Below, one piece after another: positions 31,802 through 39,038 of a stretch of 64,000 bases of DNA (positions within the stretch are counted from its first letter, which is position 1; each line of letters opens with the position of its first letter). The translations under genes were made by a program, and so were the position numbers. The stretch spans positions 189,528-253,527 of IMG/VR virus record IMGVR_UViG_3300028591_000074. The stretch is one strand, 5' to 3'. The stretch is from a virus (taxonomy: Duplodnaviria; Caudoviricetes). The notes beneath the pieces are model-generated. The model saw nothing but the letters and a program-made list of their open reading frames with translations. It ran no database searches and was not told the DNA's origin.

Positions 31802-32002
31802 TCAAGATTCCTTCCTACTTTCATAAAATTCTATTGTCTTCAAGATGTACTTAGTAACGGACAGATTTTCAGATTTTGCATATTCTTTAATCTGACATCT
31901 CATCCCTTTAGGAACATTTATAGCAACAGTATCATAATGCTGCTTATTGTATTCTGCCTGATATTTGATTTGATCGAATGTCGAATTATCTTTATTTCCC
32001 AT
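31802..32002 (-). CDS. RHH (Arc-like) regulator, paralog of 22517-22720
   Basis: YNKQHYDTVAINVPKG..LSVTKYI. Confidence 0.75.
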   Translation of the reverse strand: MGNKDNSTFDQIKYQAEYNKQHYDTVAINVPKGMRCQIKEYAKSENLSVTKYILKTIEFYESRKES

Positions 32003-32075
32003 AAGTATATCCTCAACAATATAGTAACACATATACTAATATATGTCAATCGTAAATGTACTACATATAATTAAA

Positions 32076-33550
32076 GTGAACTCTCTCCCACCTGTAGAGG
32101 TGGGAGCTTCGTAAGAAGATTGGTATTTAAGTTTCCACCTAAAATCAGGCAACCCTTATTCTTACAGGCGTGTCCACTTCGCCACTACCGTATAGGGCTG
32201 TTAAGTCCACAACGCTACTTTTTCTTAAAATGTTCAATGCACCGTTGACATCTGCATTTAGTAATCTTCCGTCAGCAGTTCTGTACAGTCCTCTCCGTAT
32301 GCGTGTTCCGCTGAATTTATAAGACTGCGGATTATCTGCATTGTATACAGGAATATTATCTCTGTCCCAGAAAGATGCCTGTGACGTATAGCTTTCTTCC
32401 TGTTCAACAAAAACAATGCCGTTCAGTTCACAAAGATATTCCAGTTTGGAACGCAGTTTACCATACGGAATATTGACAAAATTCTGATTGCTACACTTGT
32501 TCATGTCAGAATTACGCTGAAATGTTTCATTATAGCCGATTACAAGCGTTCCAATATCGTGATCAATACAATAATCAATGATTTTTCTTGCAGTTTTGCT
32601 CATATAGTCATTGACTTGTCTGTTCCTTTTATCAGCTAAGATTTTCTGACGGTTTGTTGTTCTTCTTTTATTACCCTGTCTGTCTTTGATACCTTGCAGC
32701 CGTGCATTTTCTTTGTTAAACCATTGATTGACAGCTTTCAGTTTTCTGCCGTCAATAATGAAACTTCTGCCCTGATTTGATACAGCAGTTACAAGATTAT
32801 TCACACCTAAATCCAAAGCAAGTGCATTGTTTTTGTTAAGATTTCTCTGAATACATTCAACTTCGTAAGTATACTGAATTTCAAAGAACCTTGCTCTTGA
32901 TTTTGGAATGATTCTGATTTCCTTGATATGCTTGTCAGCAAGTATCGGCGGCATTTTGATTTCGACAGGCTCATGTGTTTTCCTAAATGTATTGGAATAT
33001 GGAAGAATTAGTTTATTTCCGTTCAGCCTGACAAAACCTATCACAAGTGTTGTAAATCCATCTTTTGGCAGATAATGTGGTAGTTTGCAGTCTCTGAAAG
33101 AATATTTTCCTTTTTTCGCAAGTTTCAAAAGTCCGAAAAAACTTTTGAACGAACCGTCTACTTCTTTCAGAATCTGCTGTGCCATATTAGAATTCAAAGT
33201 TTTGTAATTAGGGCTGTCTTTCAGCAATGCGTAATTCTTTTCGTAGTTCAGATATTTTCCCTCTGTGAAGTAATACTGACGGATATTGTAGATTGCTTCA
33301 TTGGCAAGATTTTTTGCTGTATGACACAATTCTCTCAAAATGCTGTATTCTTCCTTTGACAGATGTTTCGCTTGTTGCTTTACCGTTAGATACATAGTTT
33401 CTTCTCCTTTCTTTAGATTTAGGATAATTCCTATGTATCTATTATAGTATATATTTTACTGAACGTCAATAGTTTCAGTAAAAAACAATCAGCATTCATC
33501 CACCACTTTCGCTTCTCTTAGAAGTGTGGGGTATTCTGCCGAGGATCTAA
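32076..33550 (-). mobile_element. TnpB-only IS200/IS605 element
   Basis: Right end hairpin CTCCCACCT-CTAC-AGGTGGGAG..TTCAC; left hairpin near 33497-33535; left boundary approximate. Confidence 0.8.
32145..33395 (-). CDS. tnpB: TnpB (IS605 OrfB)
   Basis: ALDLGVNN, EESYTS, RIRRGLY, NADVNGALNI. Confidence 0.93.
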   Translation of the reverse strand: MYLTVKQQAKHLSKEEYSILRELCHTAKNLANEAIYNIRQYYFTEGKYLNYEKNYALLKDSPNYKTLNSNMAQQILKEVDGSFKSFFGLLKLAKKGKYSFRDCKLPHYLPKDGFTTLVIGFVRLNGNKLILPYSNTFRKTHEPVEIKMPPILADKHIKEIRIIPKSRARFFEIQYTYEVECIQRNLNKNNALALDLGVNNLVTAVSNQGRSFIIDGRKLKAVNQWFNKENARLQGIKDRQGNKRRTTNRQKILADKRNRQVNDYMSKTARKIIDYCIDHDIGTLVIGYNETFQRNSDMNKCSNQNFVNIPYGKLRSKLEYLCELNGIVFVEQEESYTSQASFWDRDNIPVYNADNPQSYKFSGTRIRRGLYRTADGRLLNADVNGALNILRKSSVVDLTALYGSGEVDTPVRIRVA

Positions 33551-34220
33551 AATAAAGCCATAGGTACGAAAGTTTTATTTAATCGTTCATTAGCTATCTT
33601 ACACCATTCTGGATTTAATTCACAACCAAGATATTTTCTTCGAAGTTCTTTTGCACAAAGTAGATGTGATCCAGATCCTGCGCAAGGATCAAATATGATA
33701 TCGCCTTCGTTAGAATTGTCGGATATTAACTCTTTCAACAAGTTGTGATTCTTTTCTGTAGGATGAACAGTACTTGTTCCAGATGGGTAGTGAAGCACGG
33801 TATTCTTACAAAACGCATTAAATGTTGCACCAGACTTCTTAAACCAAACCGCGTTTTCGATTCCGGACAAATAGATAGTTTTGCCATTCATAGGGGATGG
33901 ATTCGTTTTCTCCCACACGATCTGACGAACTGTTCCCAAAGAATCGGATTGCTTATCTGCAAAAAATGTATATATCGAAGAAAGTTGTCTTTGACCACAA
34001 AATATTATTATACATCCAGATGTTACACGGTAAACGGAATTCAAAAATTCTGATAAATCAAATGTAATTTCATCGGCATAGGATTTGTCTAAATTTCGCA
34101 ATCCACCAGATTTACGATTCACCTCAGCATATGGAATATCGGTTAGAGTTACATTAACCCCCCCCCCGTAGTCATAGTTTTCATATAATCAATGCAATCC
34201 ACATTTAGTATCGTATTCAT
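33547..34220 (-). CDS. Beta-class N6A/N4C DNA methyltransferase, out of frame at G10 tract (34158-34167)
   Basis: MNTILNVDCIDYMKTMTT[G10]VNVTLTDIPY..HPTEK..FDPCAGSG; needs G8 or G11. Confidence 0.85.
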
Positions 34221-34365
34221 TACCACAATCTCCAATCAAAACAATCATAGGAATATATCCACCACCAGTACCCATAGAAGATGTAAGGCAAGTGCAAATT
34301 CCATCTGTCTTTACGGATTGATGATCTTGCATCCCGCCTATAATTATATCAAGAAATGTCATCAT
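34189..34365 (-). CDS. TRD-like module 10
   Basis: Manual: IIGGMQDHQSVKTDGICTCLTSSMGTGGGYIPMIVL. Confidence 0.75.
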   Translation of the reverse strand: MMTFLDIIIGGMQDHQSVKTDGICTCLTSSMGTGGGYIPMIVLIGDCGNEYDTKCGLH

Positions 34366-34504
34366 TGATCACCAAAATCATAGGAACTTGACCACCACCT
34401 TCTCTGGCAGCGACCTGAATAGTAGGACTCAAGTAATCAGAATCATATATGATGCGACGTTGAGAACTGTTCGGATTCAAGGTTCCTAGTTGTTTTATAT
34501 CCAT
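34349..34504 (-). CDS. TRD-like module 9
   Basis: Manual: MDIKQLG..SQRRIIYDSDYLSPTIQVAAREGGGQVPMILV. Confidence 0.75.
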   Translation of the reverse strand: MDIKQLGTLNPNSSQRRIIYDSDYLSPTIQVAAREGGGQVPMILVINDDIS

Positions 34505-34661
34505 CTTCTACCACCAAATATCTATAACTTCCACCAGGAATGTTTGCTGGATGGCATAGTGCAAATCCATCTGAAGAATATACACGATCTTGCTGGTAGA
34601 ATTGTGTTCCACAATTAGAATTCATTTTGCCAAGTCCACCCAATACAATCGGTTCATCCAT
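34443..34661 (-). CDS. TRD-like module 8
   Basis: GTQFYQQDRVYSSDGFALCHPANIPGGSYRYLV. Confidence 0.75.
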   Translation of the reverse strand: MDEPIVLGGLGKMNSNCGTQFYQQDRVYSSDGFALCHPANIPGGSYRYLVVEDGYKTTRNLESEQFSTSHHI

Positions 34662-34842
34662 CTTCAATCACCAAATAGAGATTAGAATAACCACCTAAAT
34701 GACCTACTTGTTCTGCCATAAGTGCGGTTGCGATATATTCAGAAGAATATACTCTATTTCCTTGTCTATATTGCTTACCAAAATTTATATCACCAAATCC
34801 ACAAATAACTTTCGGTTTGAAGGTATCATTTTTCAACTCCAT
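34654..34842 (-). CDS. TRD-like module 7
   Basis: GKQYRQGNRVYSSEYIATALMAEQVG..GGYSNLYLV. Confidence 0.75.
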   Translation of the reverse strand: MELKNDTFKPKVICGFGDINFGKQYRQGNRVYSSEYIATALMAEQVGHLGGYSNLYLVIEDG

Positions 34843-35209
34843 AACCTTCACGCACCATTCTTTCATCAGTTGTTTCAAAATTCTGATCGTAAATAACTTT
34901 GTAAAGATGTTCCATTAGATACTGGACGCAGTTGCTTATGAGCCCGTTCCCCGCTTGTTTATAGAGCTGTGAATTGCTAACTCCTGCATCCTTACATTTT
35001 TGACAATCTTCTGCTGTAGCACCCATCAAAATAAACGTTTCTTCTGGAGTTAGCTTACGTATCTTTAACCGCTTAACCATTTCTTCCTGTTCTAGTGTTA
35101 AAACAACTTCTTCAGAAGAATTTGATTCCGCAGATTCCTCTACAAATTCTTCAGAATCTTCATCTTCGTAATCTTCCCAAGAATCAGTTACTTTTACATC
35201 TTCTTCCAT
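34826..35209 (-). CDS. C5 DNA methyltransferase C-terminal subunit (motifs IX-X) with acidic N-terminus
   Basis: IRKLTPEETFILMG..SNSQLYKQAGNG. Confidence 0.88.
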   Translation of the reverse strand: MEEDVKVTDSWEDYEDEDSEEFVEESAESNSSEEVVLTLEQEEMVKRLKIRKLTPEETFILMGATAEDCQKCKDAGVSNSQLYKQAGNGLISNCVQYLMEHLYKVIYDQNFETTDERMVREGYGVEK

Positions 35210-35210
35210 G

Positions 35211-35437
35211 TCATTCCTCGCTTTCCATTTCTTCTATGACTACAAGACAATTCTCACATCCACAAGTTAATGCTGGACAAACACTTCCTGGTGGGTTCCT
35301 TGTGCTCTACCACGTCTTAATCTACTTGTTGGGTAACTAAAATCAGCTACATAGTAATTGCCTGTCAATGGAATTTCTATATATCCGAGTTTAGTTGCTT
35401 GCTTTATCTGTATTGTGTTTCCTAGAATCTGAATCAT
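35211..35437 (-). pseudogene. TRD-like module 6, one nucleotide short near 35295
   Basis: IKQATKLGYIE..ADFSYPTSRLRRGRAQG / GSVCPALTCG in the other frame. Confidence 0.65.
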
Positions 35438-35597
35438 AGTTCACCACCACATAAGGATTCAATCCACCACCTTGGGCACAATTTAATGCAGGAGATATAC
35501 CACAAGGAAGATACACTCTATATCTTTGTGGATTATCTCTTGTGGATTCTATCTGATGTGCTATAGATCCTACTTGACAAATTTCATTTAATCCCAT
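35391..35597 (-). CDS. TRD-like module 5
   Basis: RDNPQRYRVYLPCGISPALNCAQGGGLNPYV. Confidence 0.8.
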   Translation of the reverse strand: MGLNEICQVGSIAHQIESTRDNPQRYRVYLPCGISPALNCAQGGGLNPYVVVNYDSDSRKHNTDKASN

Positions 35598-35782
35598 AGT
35601 ATTAACTTCCCACACTGAAATGTACTATGCAAATCAGATAGCAACAAATAAGTCATTTGTGTAGATCCTGGATTTGCAACAAGTGATGGATGAATAAATG
35701 AGATATTATGATGTCTTGTAGATAATCCATCCCCTGCTTTATGCTGAAAATTATTCGGTGTTATGAAGCAAATTGGTTCCAT
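35588..35782 (-). CDS. TRD-like module 4 (divergent)
   Basis: HKAGDG..IHPSLVANPGSTQMTYLL; array position. Confidence 0.5.
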   Translation of the reverse strand: MEPICFITPNNFQHKAGDGLSTRHHNISFIHPSLVANPGSTQMTYLLLSDLHSTFQCGKLILWD

Positions 35783-35915
35783 CTGTAATCTCCAAAATTT
35801 TAGGTGGATCTTTATAATTTGTAGACTTTAAAGTACAACAAAAATCATATATACTATATACTTCTTGATTTTGATGTACTAAGTTAGATGGTGGTAAAAT
35901 TCTACCTAGTATCAT
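35751..35915 (-). CDS. TRD-like module 3
   Basis: Manual: HQNQEVYSIYDFCCTLKSTNYKDPPKILE. Confidence 0.7.
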   Translation of the reverse strand: MILGRILPPSNLVHQNQEVYSIYDFCCTLKSTNYKDPPKILEITDGTNLLHNTE

Positions 35916-36099
35916 ACTCTAAAACTCCACTATGTTCACATATATGCTTACATATTCCTGCATCATATCTTAGACAAATCGCATTCGCAATTTCAATAGT
36001 TCTTGGAGAGATATAATTCAAATCCACTGGTATTTGTATAAAACCATTTGAATTTATATCAGAAATATTTGCAGTTGTAGTTCCGTTGTAAAATTTCAT
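35902..36099 (-). CDS. TRD-like module 2
   Basis: IEIANAICLRYDAGI..SGVLE. Confidence 0.6.
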   Translation of the reverse strand: MKFYNGTTTANISDINSNGFIQIPVDLNYISPRTIEIANAICLRYDAGICKHICEHSGVLEYDTR

Positions 36100-36284
36100 T
36101 GTTTAAGATCACTTTCATATTTGACATATGCGATTGCTCCTGTACAACCATACTTTTCCCATTCACCTAAATTCTTGATACTATTCTTATAGTATTGTGA
36201 TTTTAAAGTTTTACAGACATCACTTACATCACAATTCCAATCAATGACTTGCAGAACTTTGAAATTTCTATTATCTTCATTCAT
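36096..36284 (-). CDS. TRD-like module 1
   Basis: VCKTLKSQYYKNS; start overlaps the MTase stop. Confidence 0.55.
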   Translation of the reverse strand: MNEDNRNFKVLQVIDWNCDVSDVCKTLKSQYYKNSIKNLGEWEKYGCTGAIAYVKYESDLKQ

Positions 36285-38220
36285 CAGCTTTCTTATTAAG
36301 ATCAACTTTCACTTTTCCATTGACAACTAAATCCCGGATAAGTGCTTGGGCTCTTTCATTTGTGATATAATACTTTTCATCTACATCTTTCTGAAGAACA
36401 TCTTTCAGACGGATTCCTGTATCATATGGCTTCGGAAATTCAAATGTAGAAAGATCATATTTATCTCTAAGCCAATAGATTGCAAATACACGCTTCCGGT
36501 TCTGCGGTACACCGCAATTCTTCCCATTGATCACATCCCATTTGCAGTCATACCCAAGATCAGAAAATTCTTCATTCAATAATTCAAACTGCGGAAGATT
36601 TTTCTTATTTACGAGGGCATCTACATTTTCCATAAGAAGGAATGGTGGAAGGATATTAAGTTCTTTCATATTTCCTAGAATACGCAGAACCTCATAAACC
36701 AATCCAGAACGAGTTTCACCCTTGACCATACCAGCTTGACGACCAGCCAAACTGATATCGGTGCAATTTGCTGATATACAACTATTCACAATATAGCTAT
36801 GATCTTCTTCAACTTCAATATTGTAGACATGATCCGGTTCAGCCATCGTCAATTTATAAAATGGATACCAAATATAACCGTCTTCATAAAACGCTTTGTC
36901 TTGCTTATCTGTTGTAAGTTTGAATTTTACTTTGTATAGTGGATGATTAGATTTGATTTCTCTGTCACCAATATAGTGTGGTTTCTTTCTCGGCTTTTCT
37001 ACATGCACATAAGTAGGTCGATTGTAAACCTTATGAATAATACTTGCGGTTCCATAGATTAAATCTTTATTTACAGAACTTATCCGTATTGCTGAAGTTT
37101 TTCCAACATTGTTAATATTACCATCACTGTCAATATATCCCTGAATGAATTCACGTAACTGATCTTTCGGGAGGGCAAGAATTTCATATGGGATATGTTT
37201 ACCCATACATCCAGTTCCTATATATTTTTCGATAAAATCGTGAATCTCTTTATTGTTAAACCGAAACTTATGACTTGGAAGTTTCATATCAAATACAGTA
37301 TAATGCCACGTATTTATATCAAGATGAGATTTCAACTTTTCCAGTTTTTTATCATTACAGCACAAAAATACAGAATTTTTATCTCCAGCAGTAAGATATC
37401 CATCACCAACATAATATCCAATCATATACCAAAAATCCAAATCATCAGTATAAAATGGAATTTCTTCTTGAATTACTGGTACTCCAAAATAATCACCAGA
37501 TTTCAAATCCTTTGCGGGTTTAAATTCAGGATCATGGAATTTTCTATAAGATTTACGCTTTTCACCAGGTTTTGCCGCAGGAGATGTTCTGTACATCTCA
37601 CGCACATAGAATCTATGTTCCGGTGTACAATGAATATCAGCAAATCCAAGAGCATCAAGATGACAAGTTTCATGCACACCATTATCAAACTTCTTAACAA
37701 CCGGATGCCAAGTATTAGACTTTGTAAGAACTTCATCCCCAACGTTCACATCACGAAGTTCCTTATATCCATCTTTGGTCAGAATAAGCTGATCTCCTGT
37801 CAAGCATGGAAAACTAAATGTCAACAAATCACAGTAAGGAAAATCCTTAACCCGGCTAATATCGCCAACATTCTTATTGAGTTTATTTGCAAGCCAAGCA
37901 GTTTCCAACTGCATATTGTTATCCACGCTTGTTACAAGTCCGTACCAATCATATGGTTTATTGGCAAGAAAATCAAAACCAATGTTCATCTTTGTAAGTT
38001 CTCTTGCCATAGTAAACCGATCTGGGTAGAAAAGATAGGTTTGCACCATCTTCTTTGTAAGTCCATTGTGAATTGCTGCATAAGAAATAATTGCATCTGT
38101 ATCAAGTTCACAGGTGTTTACTACTTCCATGTCAAATAATCCGGTGTTGCGGATTCCCATTTCTTGGAACCCTATACCGGAAAATGTAGTTACAACTTTC
38201 AGTGGAATTTTCTTCTCCAT
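36277..38220 (-). CDS. C5 cytosine DNA methyltransferase catalytic subunit (motifs I-VIII only) containing an intein
   Basis: FSGIG (I), GDI (III), FP|CTDIS (IV), LMENV (VI), PQNRKRVF (VIII); ends without TRD or motifs IX-X. Confidence 0.9.
   Translation of the reverse strand: MEKKIPLKVVTTFSGIGFQEMGIRNTGLFDMEVVNTCELDTDAIISYAAIHNGLTKKMVQTYLFYPDRFTMARELTKMNIGFDFLANKPYDWYGLVTSVDNNMQLETAWLANKLNKNVGDISRVKDFPYCDLLTFSFPCLTGDQLILTKDGYKELRDVNVGDEVLTKSNTWHPVVKKFDNGVHETCHLDALGFADIHCTPEHRFYVREMYRTSPAAKPGEKRKSYRKFHDPEFKPAKDLKSGDYFGVPVIQEEIPFYTDDLDFWYMIGYYVGDGYLTAGDKNSVFLCCNDKKLEKLKSHLDINTWHYTVFDMKLPSHKFRFNNKEIHDFIEKYIGTGCMGKHIPYEILALPKDQLREFIQGYIDSDGNINNVGKTSAIRISSVNKDLIYGTASIIHKVYNRPTYVHVEKPRKKPHYIGDREIKSNHPLYKVKFKLTTDKQDKAFYEDGYIWYPFYKLTMAEPDHVYNIEVEEDHSYIVNSCISANCTDISLAGRQAGMVKGETRSGLVYEVLRILGNMKELNILPPFLLMENVDALVNKKNLPQFELLNEEFSDLGYDCKWDVINGKNCGVPQNRKRVFAIYWLRDKYDLSTFEFPKPYDTGIRLKDVLQKDVDEKYYITNERAQALIRDLVVNGKVKVDLNKKADE
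36766..37806 (-). mobile_element. LAGLIDADG intein inserted in the catalytic PC motif
   Basis: Starts CLTGDQ, ends VYNIEVEEDHSY..ISAN before C+1; IGYYVGDG and FIQGYIDSDG helices; 347 aa. Confidence 0.92.
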
Positions 38221-38318
38221 GACAATCCCCTTCTGTATATAAATTATATTCTATTGTAGCACAAAATTAAATGTTAGACTACATGCATTATAACGATTTT
38301 CTAATAGTAAACTTAATC

Positions 38319-38522
38319 TCATAAAGTACAATGACAAACACCGCTGTCATCCTTATCTGTATAAGGTATCCGTAAAACCCTATCATAAGGTATCCGCACA
38401 GCACGTTCAGCATGACTCCACATACAATTTGGACAATATACCATATGTTGCGCAGGATATGTAGTAAGTGTCATTTCTTCCAAATCTGATCCGCATTTTG
38501 GACATGTATAAATAATTCTCAT
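38319..38522 (-). CDS. Zn-ribbon protein
   Basis: CPKCG..CPNC. Confidence 0.6.
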   Translation of the reverse strand: MRIIYTCPKCGSDLEEMTLTTYPAQHMVYCPNCMWSHAERAVRIPYDRVLRIPYTDKDDSGVCHCTL

Positions 38523-38559
38523 AGATGTATACCCCTCCCCAAATAAAACATTACATCAA

Positions 38560-39027
38560 TTATAACGATTCATCATTTAAAGTTTTCTTTTTCCTATTCG
38601 GTATTTGAGATGTGTATTCTACACCATATTTCTCCATACATGTTTTCTTAGATTTATCCAAAAAATCTTTCATCAAAAATGGTGTGTCGACTCCATACCT
38701 TTCTTGAAAAATCCTTCGTTCCATCTCTTTAACTTCCGGATTCTGTGCAGCATACTTATATCCAAATTTCTTTAAGTTTGTCTGTTCTCTCTTTCTCAAA
38801 AATGTTTCATCCTTAAGTGGATGAGATACACCAAATCGATTAATCATAGTAGTTTTACGAAGTTCCACAGAACACTTTTTAGAACAACACCGTCTGTAGT
38901 CAGATGGTCTAGAAATCTTAAATGGTTTCCCACAGCAAACACATACACGATAATGTGTATCTTCACAAATTTTTTGAGCATTAGCTTTCGGACAAAACAA
39001 CTTTCCACATAAAATACATCGCTTCAT
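38560..39027 (-). CDS. Zn-finger + KYGV-repeat DNA-binding protein (homing-endonuclease N-terminal-like, no nuclease)
   Basis: CxxC pairs; RFGV/KFGY/RYGV/KYGV repeats. Confidence 0.6.
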   Translation of the reverse strand: MKRCILCGKLFCPKANAQKICEDTHYRVCVCCGKPFKISRPSDYRRCCSKKCSVELRKTTMINRFGVSHPLKDETFLRKREQTNLKKFGYKYAAQNPEVKEMERRIFQERYGVDTPFLMKDFLDKSKKTCMEKYGVEYTSQIPNRKKKTLNDESL

Positions 39028-39038
39028 AATTACACCAC

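Noticed and set aside
33547-34122. 191-aa methyltransferase starting at GTG 34122
   Set aside because: It would omit the catalytic DIPY motif; the true start is 34220, upstream of the G10 tract.
29946-36305. TRD array as a diversity-generating retroelement, shufflon, integron or CRISPR
   Set aside because: No reverse transcriptase, recombinase, nucleotide repeats or inverted cassettes seen; similarity is at peptide level only.
37195-38139. 314-aa plus-strand ORF and other plus-strand ORFs of the track
   Set aside because: Antisense shadows of well-supported minus-strand genes, with no RBS or motifs.
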